Shown piece after piece: positions 19,442-29,934 of a stretch of DNA of 64,000 bases; the stretch's first letter is position 1, and the number at the start of each line of letters is the position of its first letter. Made by a program: the position numbers and the translations under genes. This DNA comes from Acidobacteriota bacterium (lineage in GTDB: Bacteria; Acidobacteriota; Terriglobia; Acidiferrales; UBA7541). The notes under the pieces were generated by a model. The model worked only from the letters and a program-made list of their open reading frames with translations. It did not search any database and was not told where the DNA came from. The stretch is from the NCBI GenBank assembly GCA_003223215.1, contig QHYH01000091.1:60696-124695 (forward strand). The letters are read 5' to 3'.

Positions 19442-21061
19442 TCAGTGGTGGGCCGTAGCCGTAGCTGCCGCACCGCTCCAAAACTCGTAGCGGTCGCGGT
19501 GCGCTTGCGGGAGGGCCTGAATTTGTTCCGCAAAATGCATCATCATGGGATCCGCTCCACCGTCATAGACCGGCCATTTCGCCAGGCCCGGCCCGTTCGG
19601 GTCTCCCGCCTTTGTAAAATTCGCCCAATACGAAGCCATGGCATCGGAAATCTTGAAGTCCGCACTCTCCCAGGGGTTCGGCTGTGACTTCAGCGTGCCA
19701 AAGACATATTCAATCTCGCAGGCATGCCGGGCGCCGAGCTCCTTCGGAGAGATTCCATTAACCTTGGTATCCGGCGCGACCGGCGGAGTGCGGTCAAACA
19801 CGTAGCCGTAGACCGGCGCCTGCCCGGTTTTATTCTGCATTTCCAGCCATGCCCACGTGATGTATACGATAAACAGGTCGCTTGCCAGGTCGATCGCCGA
19901 CTTGTGCGCTTCTTCATCGTTGCTGGCGGGATACAGCTTCAGGATCTCCGCCGATCGGTCGTCAAACCGCGCGCGCAGTTGTTGCGGAAAAGTATGCGCG
20001 GTCGGCTTTTCTTTCGCGTAGACCACCGCCCAGCTTGCTTCCTCGGCGTTCCAACCTGCCAGCAGCGGCACGTGGGCCTGCCCGCCTTCCACAAAAATCG
20101 CGGCTACCTCTTTCGGCAGCACATAGCCGTCCACACTTGGCCAGAACTGTAACGAGCGGTCCTTTTGCGCCGCGTTCAGAAGGTCTTCCGCACCCTTCGC
20201 GTGCAGTGCCGCGAGGTCGTTCGCGCCAAGGGCTTCCGCAAATTTCGCGCCGGTCTTTTCCGTTTCGCCGAGCGTCGGCATCGCCGACCCCGCTGGCGGG
20301 CGCCCAAAGAAAGCGCCGCTCTCTCCTATCGCCAGACGAAACAATCCCTTGGCGAGCGGCGAGGCCATCAGGGCGCTGACCGAGAGCGATCCTGCCGACT
20401 CGCCCGCGATGGTCACTTTTTCCGGGTCGCCTCCAAAGGCGGCGATATTTTGCTTCACCCAGCGCAAGCCCGCGATCTGGTCCATCAGACCGTAATTTCC
20501 TGATGCATGGACGCCCGATTCTTTGGTCAACTCCGGGTGAGAAAAAAACCCGAGTACGCCCAGCCGGTAATTGAGGCTGACAACGATGATCCCTTTCTTC
20601 GCGAAATTCTCGCCGTCATAGCGCGGCTCGGAGCTCGATCCGGCCTGAAATCCGCCGCCGTAAAACCACACCATTACCGCGAGGCGGTCCTCGGCCGATT
20701 TTGCCGCCGTCCAGACATTCAGGTACAAGCAATCCTCGCTCATGGGCTTGTCCGCCCGGTCGCGGAAAATCATGTCTGAAAAAACTGGTGCCTGCATGCA
20801 GCGCGGCCCGAATCCACCGGCCTTCAGAACGCCCTTCCAGGGCCTAACGGGTTGCGGCGCCTTCCAGCGCAATTCTCCGATGGGCGGCGCAGCAAAAGGA
20901 ATCCCGCGAAAGGCGCGGACTGCTGGCGAGGCCGCCCTCACGCCCTCCACGATTCCGCTGGTCGTCTTCACCTGGTCATCCGCAAACGTGGCCCCCGCGA
21001 ACGGCATCAGCAGCAATCCAGCCAACGCCGCCATGCGCGCTCGGCCCTTACCTCGCGTCAT
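19442..21061 (-). CDS. Type-B carboxylesterase (pNB esterase-like)
   Basis: FRGIPFAAPPIGELRW, SEDCLYLNVW, YGGGF, GESAG, HACEIEYVFG; signal peptide. Confidence 0.93.
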   Translation of the reverse strand: MTRGKGRARMAALAGLLLMPFAGATFADDQVKTTSGIVEGVRAASPAVRAFRGIPFAAPPIGELRWKAPQPVRPWKGVLKAGGFGPRCMQAPVFSDMIFRDRADKPMSEDCLYLNVWTAAKSAEDRLAVMVWFYGGGFQAGSSSEPRYDGENFAKKGIIVVSLNYRLGVLGFFSHPELTKESGVHASGNYGLMDQIAGLRWVKQNIAAFGGDPEKVTIAGESAGSLSVSALMASPLAKGLFRLAIGESGAFFGRPPAGSAMPTLGETEKTGAKFAEALGANDLAALHAKGAEDLLNAAQKDRSLQFWPSVDGYVLPKEVAAIFVEGGQAHVPLLAGWNAEEASWAVVYAKEKPTAHTFPQQLRARFDDRSAEILKLYPASNDEEAHKSAIDLASDLFIVYITWAWLEMQNKTGQAPVYGYVFDRTPPVAPDTKVNGISPKELGARHACEIEYVFGTLKSQPNPWESADFKISDAMASYWANFTKAGDPNGPGLAKWPVYDGGADPMMMHFAEQIQALPQAHRDRYEFWSGAAATATAHH

Positions 21062-21282
21062 TTCCCCTCCTGGCCTGGTCGCCTATCATAACCGGGATCC
21101 GCCGGTTTTCCCGCTCGATCTTGCGAAGCAGCGGCAAAGGAAGTCGACCCGCGCCACCTACTCCGACGAAGGCGGACAGAAATGTCGCGGGATTTCGATT
21201 GTTGCCTGCGCTTTGATAGGATGGCCCCATACACAAAAGAGGAGACGGAAAGGACGACCTGCCGTCCCGGGCCAAGCCAAAG

Positions 21283-21288
21283 TAGAAT
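21283..21288 (+). promoter_or_regulatory. -10 hexamer TAGAAT, 6 nt before the cofH GTG (possible leaderless transcript)
   Basis: TAGAAT-GAGACC-GTG with no Shine-Dalgarno. Confidence 0.5.
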
Positions 21289-21294
21289 GAGACC

Positions 21295-22548
21295 GTGTTC
21301 CCACGTGTGAGCAACGAAGCGATGACGAAGAGAAGCCTTTCGAGAGCTCTTGCCCAGTGCGCCCCCGGCGCGCGCGATCCTCTTGAGTCGGTTTTGCAAG
21401 GCAAAGAGCTCTCCTTCGAGCAGGGCTTGCGCCTGGCAAAGGTCGAAGGCGCTGACCTCGAAGCTCTGGTAGCCGTCGCGGATTATCTGCGCTCGGAGAC
21501 CGTTGGTGAAACCATCACCTACGTCGTCAATCGCAACATCAACTTCACCAATGTCTGCTTCGTCGGATGCAGTTTTTGCGGCTTTGGCCGCGGACCGCAA
21601 GCCTCCGATGCCTACTCGCTTTCTTTTGAGGAGGTCGTACGCCGCGCCCGCGAAGCCTGGGATCGTGGCGCCACCGAAGTCTGCATTCAAGGCGGCCTGC
21701 CCCGCGACCTCGACGGATTCTTTTATCGCGACCTGTTGCGCGCCATCAAACGGACCCTTCCCGCCATGCACGTCCACGCTTTTTCGCCGATGGAAATCGA
21801 CTATGGTGTGTTGAAGACGGGCTTGCCGCTCGGCGCTTACCTGCAAATGATGAAAGACGAGGGGCTTGGGAGCATTCCCGGCACGGCCGCGGAAATTCTG
21901 GACGACCGCATCCGCCAGCAGCTCAGCCCCAACAAGCTACCGGTCGCTCGCTGGGTCGAAATCATCACCATGGCTCACGAACTCGGCATCCCTACGACTT
22001 CGACGATGATGTACGGCCACGTCGAAGAGCCAGCCGACTGGGTGCGCCATCTTCTGTTGTTACGCTCGATTCAGAAACGTACCGCCGGATTTACCGAGTT
22101 CGTTCCGCTTGGTTTCATCCATCAGAACACCCGCCTCTACAAACATGGCGGAGCACGGCCGGGGGCAGCGCGCGACGAGCACCTGCGCGTTCATGCGCTT
22201 TCTCGTGTCCTTTTGCACGGCGCAATTTGCCATGTTCAAGTCTCCTGGGTAAAGCTGGGAATCGAGACTTCCCTTGCCTGCTTGGAGGCCGGCGCCAACG
22301 ATTTCGGCGGAACGCTGATGGAAGAAAACATCTCCAAAGCTGCCGGAGCCACATTTGGCGAGTACGTTTCACCGGAGGAATTTCGCGCACACATTCGCAA
22401 GATTGGCCGTGTTCCCGCGGAGCGTTCCACAACCTACAAAGTTCGCCGGGCGTTCGAGCGGCGCGAAGAGGATCCGTCATCGGCTTTGCCGGCGCTGCGC
22501 CTAGCGCGGTCCGAAAACCACCCAGGCTACACGAAAGGCGCATACTAG
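21295..22548 (+). CDS. cofH: FO synthase subunit CofH (radical SAM)
   Basis: YVVNRNINFTNVCFVGCSFC, GTAAEILDD, STMMYGHVE, EFVPLGF, QVSWVK, NDFGGTLMEENIS; adjacent to cofC. Confidence 0.88.
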   Translation: MFPRVSNEAMTKRSLSRALAQCAPGARDPLESVLQGKELSFEQGLRLAKVEGADLEALVAVADYLRSETVGETITYVVNRNINFTNVCFVGCSFCGFGRGPQASDAYSLSFEEVVRRAREAWDRGATEVCIQGGLPRDLDGFFYRDLLRAIKRTLPAMHVHAFSPMEIDYGVLKTGLPLGAYLQMMKDEGLGSIPGTAAEILDDRIRQQLSPNKLPVARWVEIITMAHELGIPTTSTMMYGHVEEPADWVRHLLLLRSIQKRTAGFTEFVPLGFIHQNTRLYKHGGARPGAARDEHLRVHALSRVLLHGAICHVQVSWVKLGIETSLACLEAGANDFGGTLMEENISKAAGATFGEYVSPEEFRAHIRKIGRVPAERSTTYKVRRAFERREEDPSSALPALRLARSENHPGYTKGAY

Positions 22549-22556
22549 GCGGCTCC

Positions 22557-23255
22557 ATGCGCGCGCTCCTTTTGCCCGTGAAAGACTTGCGAAACGCGAA
22601 GAAACGTTTGGAAAGCGTGCTCACACCGGAGCAAAGACTGGGACTGGCCCACGCCATGCTTACCGACACGACTCGAGCCGTGCGAGACGTTTGCCGCGCG
22701 GAGAAGATTTTTGTGATCACCAATTATCGGCCGGCCATGGAAATTGCCGAGGAAAACGGCTGGGAGATTCTGCGCGAAGACCGCCAGATTTCCGAAAGCG
22801 ATTCCGTGGATGCCGCGTCCAGAAGGTGTGCACAGCGCGGAGTTCGTTCGCTGCTGCGCCTGCCGCTCGATCTGCCCCTACTCCAGCCGAGCGACATCGA
22901 TGAACTGCTGGCCATCGAATACCCGCCGCCGGCCATGGCTATCGTGCCCTCGCGCGACGGGACCGGCACCAATGCCTTGTTACGCACGCCCCCTACGCTG
23001 TTTCCCTCCCATTTTGGAGCGGGCAGTTTCGCAAAGCATCTAGCGGAGGCTAAACAAGCGAGCGCACAGATTGTCCTTCGCCGCAATTTTCGTCTTGAAA
23101 TGGATGTGGACGACGAATCCGATTTGCACGCCTTGTTGGAATACGATCTCAGCGCGACCGCAACGGGCCGCTGGCTGTGCGAAGCTGGTTTGGATGTGAA
23201 GTTCCGAAGCGGCAGGAAAAGAGAAACCAAGGTTGCTGCCGGAAACCATCTCTAG
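22557..23255 (+). CDS. cofC: 2-phospho-L-lactate/PEP guanylyltransferase
   Basis: LLPVKDLRNAKKRL, DLPLL, PSRDGTGTNALL, FGAGSFAKH, MDVDDESDL. Confidence 0.9.
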   Translation: MRALLLPVKDLRNAKKRLESVLTPEQRLGLAHAMLTDTTRAVRDVCRAEKIFVITNYRPAMEIAEENGWEILREDRQISESDSVDAASRRCAQRGVRSLLRLPLDLPLLQPSDIDELLAIEYPPPAMAIVPSRDGTGTNALLRTPPTLFPSHFGAGSFAKHLAEAKQASAQIVLRRNFRLEMDVDDESDLHALLEYDLSATATGRWLCEAGLDVKFRSGRKRETKVAAGNHL

Positions 23256-23261
23256 AGCGCG

Positions 23262-23939
23262 ATGAAGAAGAAGGTTTATTCCAGGCTTGACGAAGTCGTA
23301 GCCGATGTCCCCGACGGCGCGCGCATTATGTTTGGCGGATTCGGCGGCGCAGGTTTCCCGAACAATCTAATACAGGCCCTGGTGCGCAAAGGCGTCAAAA
23401 ACATCACCGCCATCAGCAATAATTGCGGCACACACGACGGCGAGCTTGGCCTGATGTTCAAGAACAACCAGATCAAGCACGTGATTGCGTCCTTCCCGGG
23501 TCCCCACGCCAGTCATTTTCAGGAGCGCTTCGCCGCCAAGGAGGTAACACTCGAACTGGTGCCGCAAGGGATTCTTTGCGAACGCATGCGCGCCGCGGGC
23601 GCGGGGCTGCAAGGCTTTTACACCACTGTCGGTGTCGGCACAGAAGTCGCCGACGGCAAGGAAGAGCGTGTGCTCGAAGGCAAGCGCTGCATTTTGGAAA
23701 TGCCCATCCGTGCGGACTACGCTTTCATCAAAGCGCAAAAGGCCGATGCGTTGGGCAATTTGACCTATCGGCTCGCGGCGCGGAACTTCAATCCCATCAT
23801 GGCTATGGCCGCGAGAACCACAATTGCCGAAGTCGAAGAACTTGTTCCCGTGGGTTCAATCGAGCCGGAGCATGTGGTGACTCCTGCGATTTTTGTGCAC
23901 CGCATCGTGCAGGCGAAAGGACTCCACTATGCCGGCTGA
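23262..23939 (+). CDS. 3-oxoacid CoA-transferase subunit A (ScoA/PcaI/AtoD family)
   Basis: GGFGGAGFP, ISNNCG, PQGILCERMRAAGAG, ARNFNPIMAMAA. Confidence 0.92.
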   Translation: MKKKVYSRLDEVVADVPDGARIMFGGFGGAGFPNNLIQALVRKGVKNITAISNNCGTHDGELGLMFKNNQIKHVIASFPGPHASHFQERFAAKEVTLELVPQGILCERMRAAGAGLQGFYTTVGVGTEVADGKEERVLEGKRCILEMPIRADYAFIKAQKADALGNLTYRLAARNFNPIMAMAARTTIAEVEELVPVGSIEPEHVVTPAIFVHRIVQAKGLHYAG

Positions 23940-24633
23940 AACCGTTCGGGAAAAAGCTTTGTTGGAGAAACCGCGGCTGACCCGGGAACAAATCGCCGGG
24001 CGCGCCGCGCTCGAATTGCCGGACGGCGCTTACGTCAATCTCGGCTGGGGCATTCCCAACCTCATCGCTAACTATCTCCCCGGGGAAATCACCGTTTACT
24101 TCCACAGCGAAAATGGAATCTTGGGAATGGGGCGCCGCGCGAAGCCAGGCGAGGAAGATTACGACCTCGTGGACGCCATGAAAATCCCGGTGACGCTGAT
24201 TCCCGGCGCTTCCTTTTTCCATCAGGCCGACGCGCACTTGATGACCCGCGGCGGCCATCTCGACGTCGCGGTGCTTGGCGGCTTTCAGGTCTCGGAAAAG
24301 GGCGACCTGGCCAACTGGAAGATTCCAGGCGCAAAAGGCTCCGGCGGCATAGGCGGGGCCATGGACATTTCTGCCGGCGCAAAAAAATTGATTGTTTGCA
24401 TGGAGCATGTCACCAAAGACGGCGCGCCGAAAATTGTCAAGAAGTGTACCTATCCGCTGACCGGTCTCGAATGCGTGGACACCGTCATCACGGATCTCGC
24501 GGTTGTTGACGTCAGCCCCGAGGGCCTGGTCCTGCGCGAAGTTGCACCCGGCTGGCGACCGCAGGATGTGCAGAAACTGACGGGAGCCCCGTTGATGACC
24601 AAAGGACGCGTTCCCGAAATCCGTTTGCCATGA
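23929..24633 (+). CDS. 3-oxoacid CoA-transferase subunit B
   Basis: VNLGWGIP, SENG (catalytic Glu), GDLANW, GIGGAMD, CTYPLTG. Confidence 0.92.
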   Translation: MPAETVREKALLEKPRLTREQIAGRAALELPDGAYVNLGWGIPNLIANYLPGEITVYFHSENGILGMGRRAKPGEEDYDLVDAMKIPVTLIPGASFFHQADAHLMTRGGHLDVAVLGGFQVSEKGDLANWKIPGAKGSGGIGGAMDISAGAKKLIVCMEHVTKDGAPKIVKKCTYPLTGLECVDTVITDLAVVDVSPEGLVLREVAPGWRPQDVQKLTGAPLMTKGRVPEIRLP

Positions 24634-24663
24634 GTTTTGCACGGCCTTTTTTGGGAGGAAGCA

Positions 24664-25062
24664 ATGAGCGCAGTCATTCCAGAAAAATATGCCGACCTTT
24701 TTGAAAAACAGGCTTTCGGCAATCTCAGCACGCTGATGAAGGACGGCAGCCCGCAAGTGACGCCGGTATGGGTGGATTTCGACGGAAAGCACGTTCGCGT
24801 CAATTCCGCCAAGGGCCGCGTCAAGGACAAAAACGTCCGGCGCGATCCCCGCGTGGCCATCGCGCTACAGGATCCCGCGAATCCCTACCGCTACCTCGAA
24901 GTCCGCGGACGCGTCGTGGAAATCACGGAAAAAGGCGCGGACGACCATATCAATAAGCTCTCACAAAAATATCTTGGGAAGCCGGTCTACCCGTTCCGGC
25001 AGCCCGGCGAAGTTCGCGTCATGTACAAAATCGAGCCGCAAAAAATTAGCTCCATGGGCTAG
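24664..25062 (+). CDS. PPOX-class probable F420-dependent oxidoreductase (split barrel)
   Basis: DGSPQVTPVW, KDKNVRRDPRVAI, RYLEVRG. Confidence 0.88.
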   Translation: MSAVIPEKYADLFEKQAFGNLSTLMKDGSPQVTPVWVDFDGKHVRVNSAKGRVKDKNVRRDPRVAIALQDPANPYRYLEVRGRVVEITEKGADDHINKLSQKYLGKPVYPFRQPGEVRVMYKIEPQKISSMG

Positions 25063-25169
25063 GCTTATCGCAAAATGGGACCGGAAGATCCCGGGCGTAA
25101 ACGCGGTTTCCCCTTTGCAGATTTCGAATTTCTGCTTTCACCTGGAACGGAAGACTTACGGCCCTCGCC

Positions 25170-25820
25170 TCAGAGCCGCGCAGCGACACGCGCGGCAATG
25201 CGTCCATCCGGCGGTCGAAAGACGAGAGCGAGGCTATCCATCAGGGATACGCCTGCGCTCGGGACCACGAACTGATACGACCACTCGTAGCGCGCGGGTA
25301 AATCCGCGGCAAGCGAAGCGGCGTAAGGCTGGATGCGGTCCACGCGGGAGTTGACTTCCCTCACGCCCTTTACCGGACTCAAATCCACGCCGTGCTTCCA
25401 ATAAAGCGAAAGCCGCAGCTCCTCGATCATTTTGCCCGTCAAGTACGGGCGCGTACCCACTTGCTGGACTCCGGCAGGACAAAGCTGGTCCCGGATCGAA
25501 AAGGAAACCGTGACGGAATCGGGAAACTTCGTTACCGTTTCGTTGCCGCGCTGGAAAACCGTCGATTGATCGGTGTCGATGCGCTTGAGCCCGTTGAAGA
25601 AATCGCCCGAGCTCATCTGGCCGTGGACACGAAAACACACCCCGTTCGGAAGCGAGCCATCCGTTTCGAAAAAAACGCCTCCGTCATAATTCCAGACGTT
25701 TCTGCCTTTGTCGGTCTTTTCGTTGTGTTTGTGTTTGGCCTGCTCGGCGGAAGCGCCAGGAGTCATGTTCAGGAAAAACAGCAACGCGAGCGCGATCGGC
25801 TTGTAACGAACGGACTGCAT
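25170..25820 (-). CDS. Hypothetical secreted protein
   Basis: Signal peptide; no recognised family. Confidence 0.7.
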   Translation of the reverse strand: MQSVRYKPIALALLFFLNMTPGASAEQAKHKHNEKTDKGRNVWNYDGGVFFETDGSLPNGVCFRVHGQMSSGDFFNGLKRIDTDQSTVFQRGNETVTKFPDSVTVSFSIRDQLCPAGVQQVGTRPYLTGKMIEELRLSLYWKHGVDLSPVKGVREVNSRVDRIQPYAASLAADLPARYEWSYQFVVPSAGVSLMDSLALVFRPPDGRIAARVAARL

Positions 25821-25890
25821 GCACGTGGCTCTTCACAACAAATGGTAGGGGCGTGATCTATCGCGCCACCGCACACTACTCTCGACACTT

Positions 25891-26838
25891 CTAATCTAAC
25901 CCTTTTGCCGGCTCCGCGAGAAGGAACTTGAAACCCTGAAACGTGTGGATAGCCTTCCCCGTCCCTTCCGCCTCAACATCGCCTTTCCCAGCGCGCACCG
26001 CCAAGATCGCATCCACTAGTTTCGGCAGCACCGCCGGATCCGCCACAGGTATGTTGTGCGCGCCTAGCACCATTTTCACTTGCGGCGCGAGCGCCGCGAG
26101 ACGCTTGACCGATGCAACGTACGCATCCATATCGGTTTCGGGGCGGTACAGCCAGATCGGCGCGGGATAGTAGGTATCGCCGGTGAAGAGCAAGCCGTTG
26201 GCACGGTCGATCAGGGCAATGGAATCCGGGGTATGGCCGGGCGCGGCGACGATTTCCACGGTTCGCGCCCCCAGATTGACTTTGAAGCCGTCGTGGACAA
26301 AGTGGAAGATCTTCCACTGCTTCGTCGCATAGGTTTTCGGGTTAAATCCGGCCGGCAGCTTCCCACAAATTTGTCCCGACGCGATTTCCGCTTGCGCATC
26401 CGCAGGCGAGCCTCGCGCGTTCTTGCGTGTAAAATCCGTGTCCATCGCGAACACATAGGTAAATTCCCAGTTTCCGCCCACGTGATCGTTGTGCGTGTGC
26501 GAATTGAGCACGACCACAGGCTTGGCCGTCAATTGGTTGGTCACTTTACTAATGCTGCCGATGCCCATGCCGGTGTCGAAAAGGACCGCCTGTTTCGTCC
26601 CCAGGATGAGGTAGGAAATAGTTTCTTCAGCCTGGTGCGGCTCGTAGATCGCGAACGTCCCGGGAGCCACTTTGTACACTTCAAACCACGGATCGCTGAC
26701 GGGAACGCGCATAAGCGTTCGGTATTCCGGCCGCGGGAGCGCCTTGCACCAGTCCGGAATTGCCTTGGTCTGCGCTGCCAGCGAGGCAGGCACCGCACAA
26801 AGCAGCGACAGCCTAGCGAGTCGGTTGCAAAAGCTCAC
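25891..26838 (-). CDS. Secreted MBL-fold metallo-hydrolase
   Basis: HTHNDH, PGHT, TGD motifs; GTG 26838 with GGGGG upstream. Confidence 0.88.
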   Translation of the reverse strand: MSFCNRLARLSLLCAVPASLAAQTKAIPDWCKALPRPEYRTLMRVPVSDPWFEVYKVAPGTFAIYEPHQAEETISYLILGTKQAVLFDTGMGIGSISKVTNQLTAKPVVVLNSHTHNDHVGGNWEFTYVFAMDTDFTRKNARGSPADAQAEIASGQICGKLPAGFNPKTYATKQWKIFHFVHDGFKVNLGARTVEIVAAPGHTPDSIALIDRANGLLFTGDTYYPAPIWLYRPETDMDAYVASVKRLAALAPQVKMVLGAHNIPVADPAVLPKLVDAILAVRAGKGDVEAEGTGKAIHTFQGFKFLLAEPAKGLD

Positions 26839-26931
26839 GATTCCCCCTTGGTTGTGACTGGTCGGACCGTGCTGGGCCTTTTTTATTATGGTATAGCGTG
26901 GGGCGCATGCGAACAAATTCTCTTGTCCAGT

Positions 26932-28835
26932 TCACTTACCGTCAACCGAAAAAGCCAGAAGCACGTTTCCTGGGGCCGCTCCCAAAAAAGCGTATCCCGA
27001 GTTGACAAACAGCGTTCCTCCTACGATGACCGCTCCCGGGCCATCGAGCGCGCCGCCATGCGCCTTCACCCCATTCGCGGTTTTGAAATCCTTGGCGGTG
27101 GCCACATCCCAAAGGATGTGGCCATCCTCGGCGGAGTACGCCCGCAAGTGTCCGTCCAGTCCGCCGGAAAAGACCACGCCGGGAATGGCGGTCACCGCGG
27201 CCGATTGTGCTGGACTGCATCCGGGGCTGTCTCCACAGCCCGGATGCGGTGTCTGCCAGGCAATCTCGCCGGTGTCCAGCTTCAGCGCGAAAAGGCCGCC
27301 GCCAATCTTCGGATCCAATTGCGCCGCGAAGCCCAAGGCCGTATCGCGCGCTCCCGGCGTTCCCGGAGGCACGGGGTTCATGGCTACGTCCGACAGGGCC
27401 ACGTACACGTTCTTTTCGTCCGCTGCGGATCCCCATTGCACCCCGCCAGCCGGTCCGCCGCGGCCGACGCGCCGCTGCCAGAGCACCGCACCCTGCTGGT
27501 CCGGGTCCAAAGCGTAGACCACTCCGGATTTCTGGCCGGCAATCAACGCACGGCGCCCCTTACCCAGTTCCACCAGAATTGCTGAAGAGCCAAAATCAAA
27601 ATCGGGTCCATTCGCCTCGGGGCAGTTCGCGCGCATCTCCGCCGGCGCTCCGCAATTCACGTTGTACGCATCGCCTTTGGTCATTTGCTGCGACCATTTC
27701 AGTTTTCCCGTTTCCAGATCAAACGCGAGAAAAGAGTCCGAGGTCGGCGCCGCGGGGTCCGAATAGCTGTCGCCCGTTGTCACGTAGAGCGTTCGGCTCT
27801 TCAAGTCCGCGGTTGGCGAAGACCACACTCCCGCTCCCGAGGGCCCCCACAGTTGCACACCGACTTTGCTCTTGCGTATGGGCCTGGGTTCTTCCGCAAC
27901 GGTATAGCTTTTCCAGAGAACTTTTCCTGTGGCCGCTGCGAGCGCAGCAATGCTCCCGCGAAATTTGCAGCATTCGTACGTGGGATTCCCGGCAAACACT
28001 TCTTCCATCGAGGAAGTAGGAACATATAGTCTACCTTCGGCCAGCGCAGGGGCTCCGGTAATCACCGCCCCCGGAAATTCTTCGACATGCGTCTTCCACA
28101 GAAGCTTCCCGTCACAGCGTCCACGGCATAAGCGTTCGCGTGCTGGTCGCCGAAGTACGCCGCCCAGCCGCTGCCGTTCTGTCCCAGGCTGACCGCTGTC
28201 CGCACCGGGCCATCCGTGTCAAACGCCCAGTAGATGCAAGCAGTCTCCGCACTGAGCGAATAGACTCTTCGTTCAGAGCTCCCAACAAAGACGCGCCCTC
28301 CCGCCACCGTGGCCTGTGCCTGGGCGCGCAAGACGCCGGGAAAACCGAAGGCCCACTTCAGCTTGAGTTTCGGCACTTGCTCGGCCGTGAGTTGCGCCAT
28401 CTCTGCGGGCTGAAAACGGTGTTGCCCGAGGTCCACGCCCCAGCCGTTCCAGTGCGGCTTCGCGAGCGGATCCGCAAAGGCGCGTTCTCGATCCGCGGCG
28501 CAGAAAGCGGCTGCGGGGATTTGCTCCTTCACCAACTGCCTTCCCGTAAGAAATTCAGCCAGGTCGGCGATTTGCGCCGTTGACAATCCCAGTCCTTCGA
28601 CGGCCATGCTTCCGCCCAGCAAAGCAAGCCGGACGTTCTCCGGCGACATCTGCTGCAGCCGAGCGCGGTTTGGCGCGCGGGGCGCCGCACCTTCGTGGCA
28701 GGCGGCGCAGCGCTGCTTGTAGAGCGCTTCACCGGCCCGGTTTGCTTCCTGCTGCTGGGCTTTGGCTCGACCGCTAACGATGGCCGCAAAAACAATGAGA
28801 AAGCTCAGCCGTGGGACTTTCGGAAAGACTTTCAT
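26932..28835 (-). pseudogene. Cytochrome c plus PQQ beta-propeller dehydrogenase (polyvinyl-alcohol dehydrogenase-like), 1-nt frameshift near 28107
   Basis: CAACH in 28062-28835; adding one A restores DAVTGKLLWKTHVEEFPGAVITGAP, joining ORF 26932-28065 (W-motif repeats, DFDFGS). Confidence 0.85.
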
Positions 28836-28842
28836 GGCAGCT

Positions 28843-29871
28843 TTACCTCCCCGAGGACACGAAGATCGCTTTGGGGATCATCATGTGCACGCCTTTGTTG
28901 CCGTCGACCAGCTCGGTGATGTGCAGATCCGCTGCTACGCTCACTAGCATGTACGCATCGTCGCGCGAAAGATGTTTCTCACTCACCAGGAAGTCGATCA
29001 TTTCTCGCACCGCCAACGTTGCGCACGCGTTCAGGTTGTCGTTGAGGCCCATGGTGATGTAGTGCGTGGGCGTTTCCGCGCGCGGCCACTTGAAATGCAT
29101 GTCCTTGCGGACCATGAACTGAAACGTGCCGATGAGCGAAGTTTCAAGCGCGGTGATGTCCACTTCGCCGTCGCCCTGGCCCGCGTGCCCATCGCCCACT
29201 TCAAACAGCGCTCCGGGGACGTGCACCGGAATGTACAGCGTCGATCCCGCCACAAGGTCCTTATTGTCGAGATTGCCCGCGATAATCCACGGCGGCGCGC
29301 TATTCCACCGGCCCACGCCCTCTGGCGGCGCGTCGCCCATGCTGCCGAAAAACGGATGCAGCGAGATCTCGATCCCCGGGGCGAATTTCCCGACCATGCG
29401 CTTTTCGTCGAGCGCAATGATCTTGATTTTCGAATAAGGATAATCGTCCGGCAGGTATCCGCGGCCCGGCCCAAAGGCGTTGTAGGCGTAGGGAATCGCC
29501 AGCTTGACCGCCAGGATTCTCACTTCCAGCACGTCGCCCGGCTGCGCGTCTTCAATGTAGATGGGCCCGGTGAGGATGTGCCCGCCGGGGCCCTTGTCTT
29601 TCACTTGGTCGGTGATGTCGCGCAGCGATTGCTCGACTTGATCGGGCGGCACACCGGCTTCTTCCAGCCGCTGCGGGCTGTTGGTGATGAGCGTCTGTAT
29701 TTCCACCGTGTCGCCCGATTTGATGCGCAGCACGGGAGGCGTCTTCGCATCGTAGTAGCCCCACGCTACGGTCTTCGGCGTCGGCTTCAACGTGTACGCT
29801 GCTTGAGCTTGCGCTCGCCGGGCAACCAGTGGCAAGGCAAAGCAAATTCCGAGCAAAGCAATGCGGCGCAT
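28843..29871 (-). CDS. Acetamidase/formamidase family protein
   Basis: GHILTGPIYIE, GNLDNK, VGDGHAGQGDGEV, AIETS-like motif. Confidence 0.92.
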   Translation of the reverse strand: MRRIALLGICFALPLVARRAQAQAAYTLKPTPKTVAWGYYDAKTPPVLRIKSGDTVEIQTLITNSPQRLEEAGVPPDQVEQSLRDITDQVKDKGPGGHILTGPIYIEDAQPGDVLEVRILAVKLAIPYAYNAFGPGRGYLPDDYPYSKIKIIALDEKRMVGKFAPGIEISLHPFFGSMGDAPPEGVGRWNSAPPWIIAGNLDNKDLVAGSTLYIPVHVPGALFEVGDGHAGQGDGEVDITALETSLIGTFQFMVRKDMHFKWPRAETPTHYITMGLNDNLNACATLAVREMIDFLVSEKHLSRDDAYMLVSVAADLHITELVDGNKGVHMMIPKAIFVSSGR

Positions 29872-29934
29872 GCTGATCCTCCGAGATCGACAAAGTGGCA
29901 GGTTGAGGAATCGTGCGCCGCAACAAACGAAAAA

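Noticed and set aside
21223-21273. Hairpin upstream of cofH as a possible riboswitch
   Set aside because: It lies upstream of the apparent -10 box, so is probably not in the mRNA; it matches no known aptamer.
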